Positions 59,565-64,000 of a DNA stretch of 64,000 nucleotides are shown piece after piece. The notes beneath the pieces were generated by a model. It was not told the DNA's origin. It saw nothing but the letters and a program-made list of their open reading frames with translations, and made no database searches. The DNA is from Octopus vulgaris (taxonomy: Eukaryota). Both the position numbers and the translations under genes were made by a program. The stretch's first letter is position 1; every line of letters starts with the position of its first letter. The stretch is from NCBI GenBank assembly GCA_951406725.2, contig OX597821.1:74462001-74526000 (forward strand), written 5' to 3'.

Positions 59565-60416
59565 ATATGTATGTGAATGTATTTAAGATGTATATGTAAA
59601 TAAGTGAAGAATCAGTAATATATTGACATAAACCTCTATCATTGCAGGAGGAAGTAAATTTGGCAACTCTAAAAGTTGTGGAATCTACCAAGTTTGGAAG
59701 AGGAAGAAAGACGAAAGATTATGAAGAAAAATAAATAGAAGAAGAAAAAATGAAGACTGAAATGAAATATATTAGTAAAAAAGGGAAAAAGGAAATATAA
59801 AGAATACAAATGCAACAATTGAACAATTGAAATCTGATGGCAGCGAGATTACGGAATTTAACAGAAAATGGATTACCATTCCATGCGGTATATATCTGAA
59901 CATCAAAGTAAGAATAACAGAAACTTCACATAAAAAGATATTCTCTCTTTCTCTCACTTTTTTTCTTTCCCCAAACGATACACATTCACATATTCTATAT
60001 AAACATATATTTAATATGTGTGTGGTTTTAAAAATAAATACCTTCAAATTATCGGCAAATACTGTTACAAAAATTTGGAAAATATCAGTGAAGTGCTGGT
60101 AAAAGTTTTTGTGCCGGGTAGTGTCTGAGTGATAATATACAACAGTATAAAAATAAAAGAATGTGAACAATACAAAAGACAAAATACAATATATGCATAT
60201 ATATATATATATGCATAAATATACATAAATATAATATATATGTGCATACACATATATGCACATATATATAATGGACATTTTAAAACAAAACCAAAAAAGA
60301 AGATTACAAAATAAACATACAAAAAATGGATTTCATAATGATTTTAATAATCATGATATAACTACTCGCATAAAGACTATGATTGCGATCATCAAAATTG
60401 TATAACTATACTGACA

Positions 60417-60461
<45 letters not shown>

Positions 60462-60465
60462 CATG

Positions 60466-60497
<32 letters not shown>

Positions 60498-60543
60498 CAT
60501 ATCTATATGTCAGTATATATACATATGTATGTATATATGTATA

Positions 60544-60576
<33 letters not shown>

Positions 60577-60721
60577 GTATGTATGTATATTTAAAACATA
60601 GATACATGTATCATCCATGCATACAAAACATTTACACATAAAAAACTCATAGATTCATGCTGAGATATATAGAAAATAAATATATATCTATGTACATATA
60701 AAGATATTGTTATCCAATCTC

Positions 60722-60757
<36 letters not shown>

Positions 60758-60876
60758 ACAAATAAACACTCATATATATATATATATATTTGTACATATA
60801 TACTTATATGTATATATACAACAAAAAGACTTGTAATAACGTGTGTATAAAAGCGAGCATATATATATATGTATGC

Positions 60877-60945
<69 letters not shown>

Positions 60946-61041
60946 ATACTGATGAAACAAGTTGTTACATTAAACAGATGAACTAATACATACTTCATAG
61001 GATGTGCCACTGGGACATTGAAGCATCACAAAACTAACAGG

Positions 61042-61074
<33 letters not shown>

Positions 61075-61117
61075 TATATACATACATATATATGCATATG
61101 TATATGTATATATATGT

Positions 61118-61213
<96 letters not shown>

Positions 61214-61448
61214 GTGTATATATATACAGTCTCTATGTACAAAGTAATAAAGAGGAAATATTGAATGGAATATTAAATAAAAAAAGATGAACAAATCTCT
61301 AAAATTTTGCTCATGCAATTTCTGCAAACTGACCACAAACGTTTTTATTGGGTTTTATTTATAATGTAAAAAAAAAAAAAAAAGATTGCCTGACTGTTTT
61401 GTTTTTGATTGTTTCTTTTTTGTTGTTGTTTTTCGTATCTATTGACAG

Positions 61449-61559
<111 letters not shown>

Positions 61560-61762
61560 TATATATAAATATATATATAAGATGAAAAAAATCAATTATC
61601 TATAAATATATATAAATACATCTTTTACAGTATTTATTATTTATTTATTTATTCATTCATTTATTTATTTTGAATGTACAGCAATAATGTATATGTGTGC
61701 AATAATATGTATATGAATATACGCATGGATTTGCGTGTAAACATATGTACATACGTGCATAC

Positions 61763-61857
<95 letters not shown>

Positions 61858-62058
61858 TATACATATGGGTGTATTAAAATAAATGTATATCTTAACGTAT
61901 GTACGTATGTATATACATACATATATATATGTAAACATTTTATTATAATATATATATGTATGAGTATATATGCATATACATACACGCACATACACACGAA
62001 CGTATATACATATATACATACATATACATATATATAATACACATATATACATATATAA

Positions 62059-62091
<33 letters not shown>

Positions 62092-62139
62092 CATATTTCT
62101 ATGTACATACATGTCTATCTACCGCTCTATCTATCAATC

Positions 62140-62301
<162 letters not shown>

Positions 62302-63008
62302 GCTGTGTGTTTGAGTGTATCTGTATGACGGTTGATGGCCTGATATCATTGGATACAATGTAGATTTACATGAAGAACCTGAATCAAAATACATTTTCGT
62401 CCATTATAACCAGATCTAATATTCTCTGTCTCTCTCTCTCTCTGCATTGAGGTGTACGCAAACAGGTACGCTCTTTCGCAATGACACGCAGACGCAGGTA
62501 TACACGAAGTCGCATAGGAACACACAGGTAGACACACAATGCTGCTCACACATACTCTCTTCACACACACACACACACATGTTCAGGGAACAAACAGGCG
62601 AATACTTTCGCCAACGCTTTTATGAAACATATCGTCGCGTATGCACACAGCATGTTCTCCAGATCACAGTGGAACCACCACCATAGAGCAAGTGGAGAAG
62701 ACAGGGAGCCTGGGGCTTTGGGTTATCAATTCCGAATGGATTTGAACTTGTAGCTTAAAGAGACGGGTCAAATATAGGAACGTATTTTGAACCGAAGCTC
62801 TAACAATTGATACAACTAAACGTCTTAAATATATATACATGGGATTAAGGTAGCTTTGATCGGATCAAGGTAGATTTAGTAAACAAAAATAAAAAGACAA
62901 GCTGACACTTCAGTTGCATATACACGTTTCATCTTGTAATCACGGAAGGAAATATTAACTATCAGCTGTAGCGTTTACTGAAGAAAGAAGTTTGTCGATA
63001 GTACCTTT

Positions 63009-63063
<55 letters not shown>

Positions 63064-63201
63064 GCTCTTTCTCTCTCTCACTCTCTCACTCCTTATGAGT
63101 GTATATATAAATATGTATATACATATTGATAGATAGCTATACATACATGTACATACACCTATGTATACATACACACATTCATACATACATGCATCATATA
63201 T

Positions 63202-63282
<81 letters not shown>

Positions 63283-63329
63283 TGTATGTATATCTATGTA
63301 TGTACAATATAGTTTTCCGTTAAGTTAAG

Positions 63330-64000
63330 ATCAATAAAAAGGTACTCCATCTGGTGAGAGATGAATATTATTTAATGGACACAATATATAGTCATGAGTT
63401 ACTAAAGTTTTATACATTAAAGACGCTCTCCAGGCAAGGTTATATATATCTGTAGAGTAATATAGGAATTCATAGAATCGTGTGGCTATTACAGGAATCT
63501 TCCCTAGCTGGCTCGGTTTACGGACCATATCGTAATCCAATATAGAGGAGTAGAGTACAGATTTCTCTGTACCTTTAATCCAGGAGATTCGATCGCTGAA
63601 AATATTTCATGAGGAGTTTATAAACCATAAAACGTCAGAAAGCATGAGAGATGGATATATTTATTTACCCAATTGTCATCCTTAGGTTTACGGCCGTTTC
63701 GTAACCTATTTCATGTAATAATAATTTCAGTGTATTATAAATTATTTTTAGATGTTTCCACTTATACGCATGCTACACATTATACAATACGATTTGTATA
63801 TTCACAAATCAATGCAGATAAAGAATGTTAGATTATCAGATCACCAGCGCATCAAATCACCAGAACATATGTAGCATGCATATTAGTGCGACCATGTGAA
63901 CATAATTTATTATACATTGACATTATTATTACATGAAGAAGAGTACAAAACGGCTGTGACCCTGAGGATGACAAGTGGTTACGTAAATATATTCATCTCT
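63330..64000. mobile_element. Penelope-like remnant with divergent inverted arms
   Basis: About 63647-63780 aligns to the reverse complement of about 63870-64000. Arms carry GAAACGGCCGTA (left, minus strand) and AAAACGGCTGTG (right). Weak frameshifted WSVNRAS and NL(C)LE fragments lie on the minus strand at 63420-63550. Confidence 0.55.

Overview
Eukaryotic, AT-rich, non-coding DNA very dense in microsatellites: (TA)n, (CA)n, (CATA)n, (TATC)n, (TAA)n, (GAT)n, (CTT)n and (TAC)n. The repeat landscape resembles an octopus/cephalopod genome (inferred from SINE types and microsatellite load, not from a database search). I find no credible host gene; almost all supplied ORFs are translated microsatellites. 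The non-simple sequence is mostly transposon-derived: three tRNA-headed SINE families (called A, B and C here), 3' ends of CR1/L2-type LINEs, two R4/Dong-type RLE LINE 3' ends inside (TAA)n arrays, hAT- and Tc1/mariner-type MITEs, and Penelope-like remnants. Four observations stand out. (1) Short non-coding repeats carry minimal hammerhead-ribozyme motifs, the best being a ~490-bp fold-back element at 42.9-43.4 kb with a hammerhead motif in each arm. (2) Inverted duplications recur at (TA)n arrays, including a perfect 128-bp palindrome. (3) A SINE B + SINE C heterodimer is enclosed by a single 16-bp target-site duplication. (4) SINE module swapping and SINE/LINE shared 3' tails are visible within the window. 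All alignments were made by eye, so repeat boundaries are approximate.
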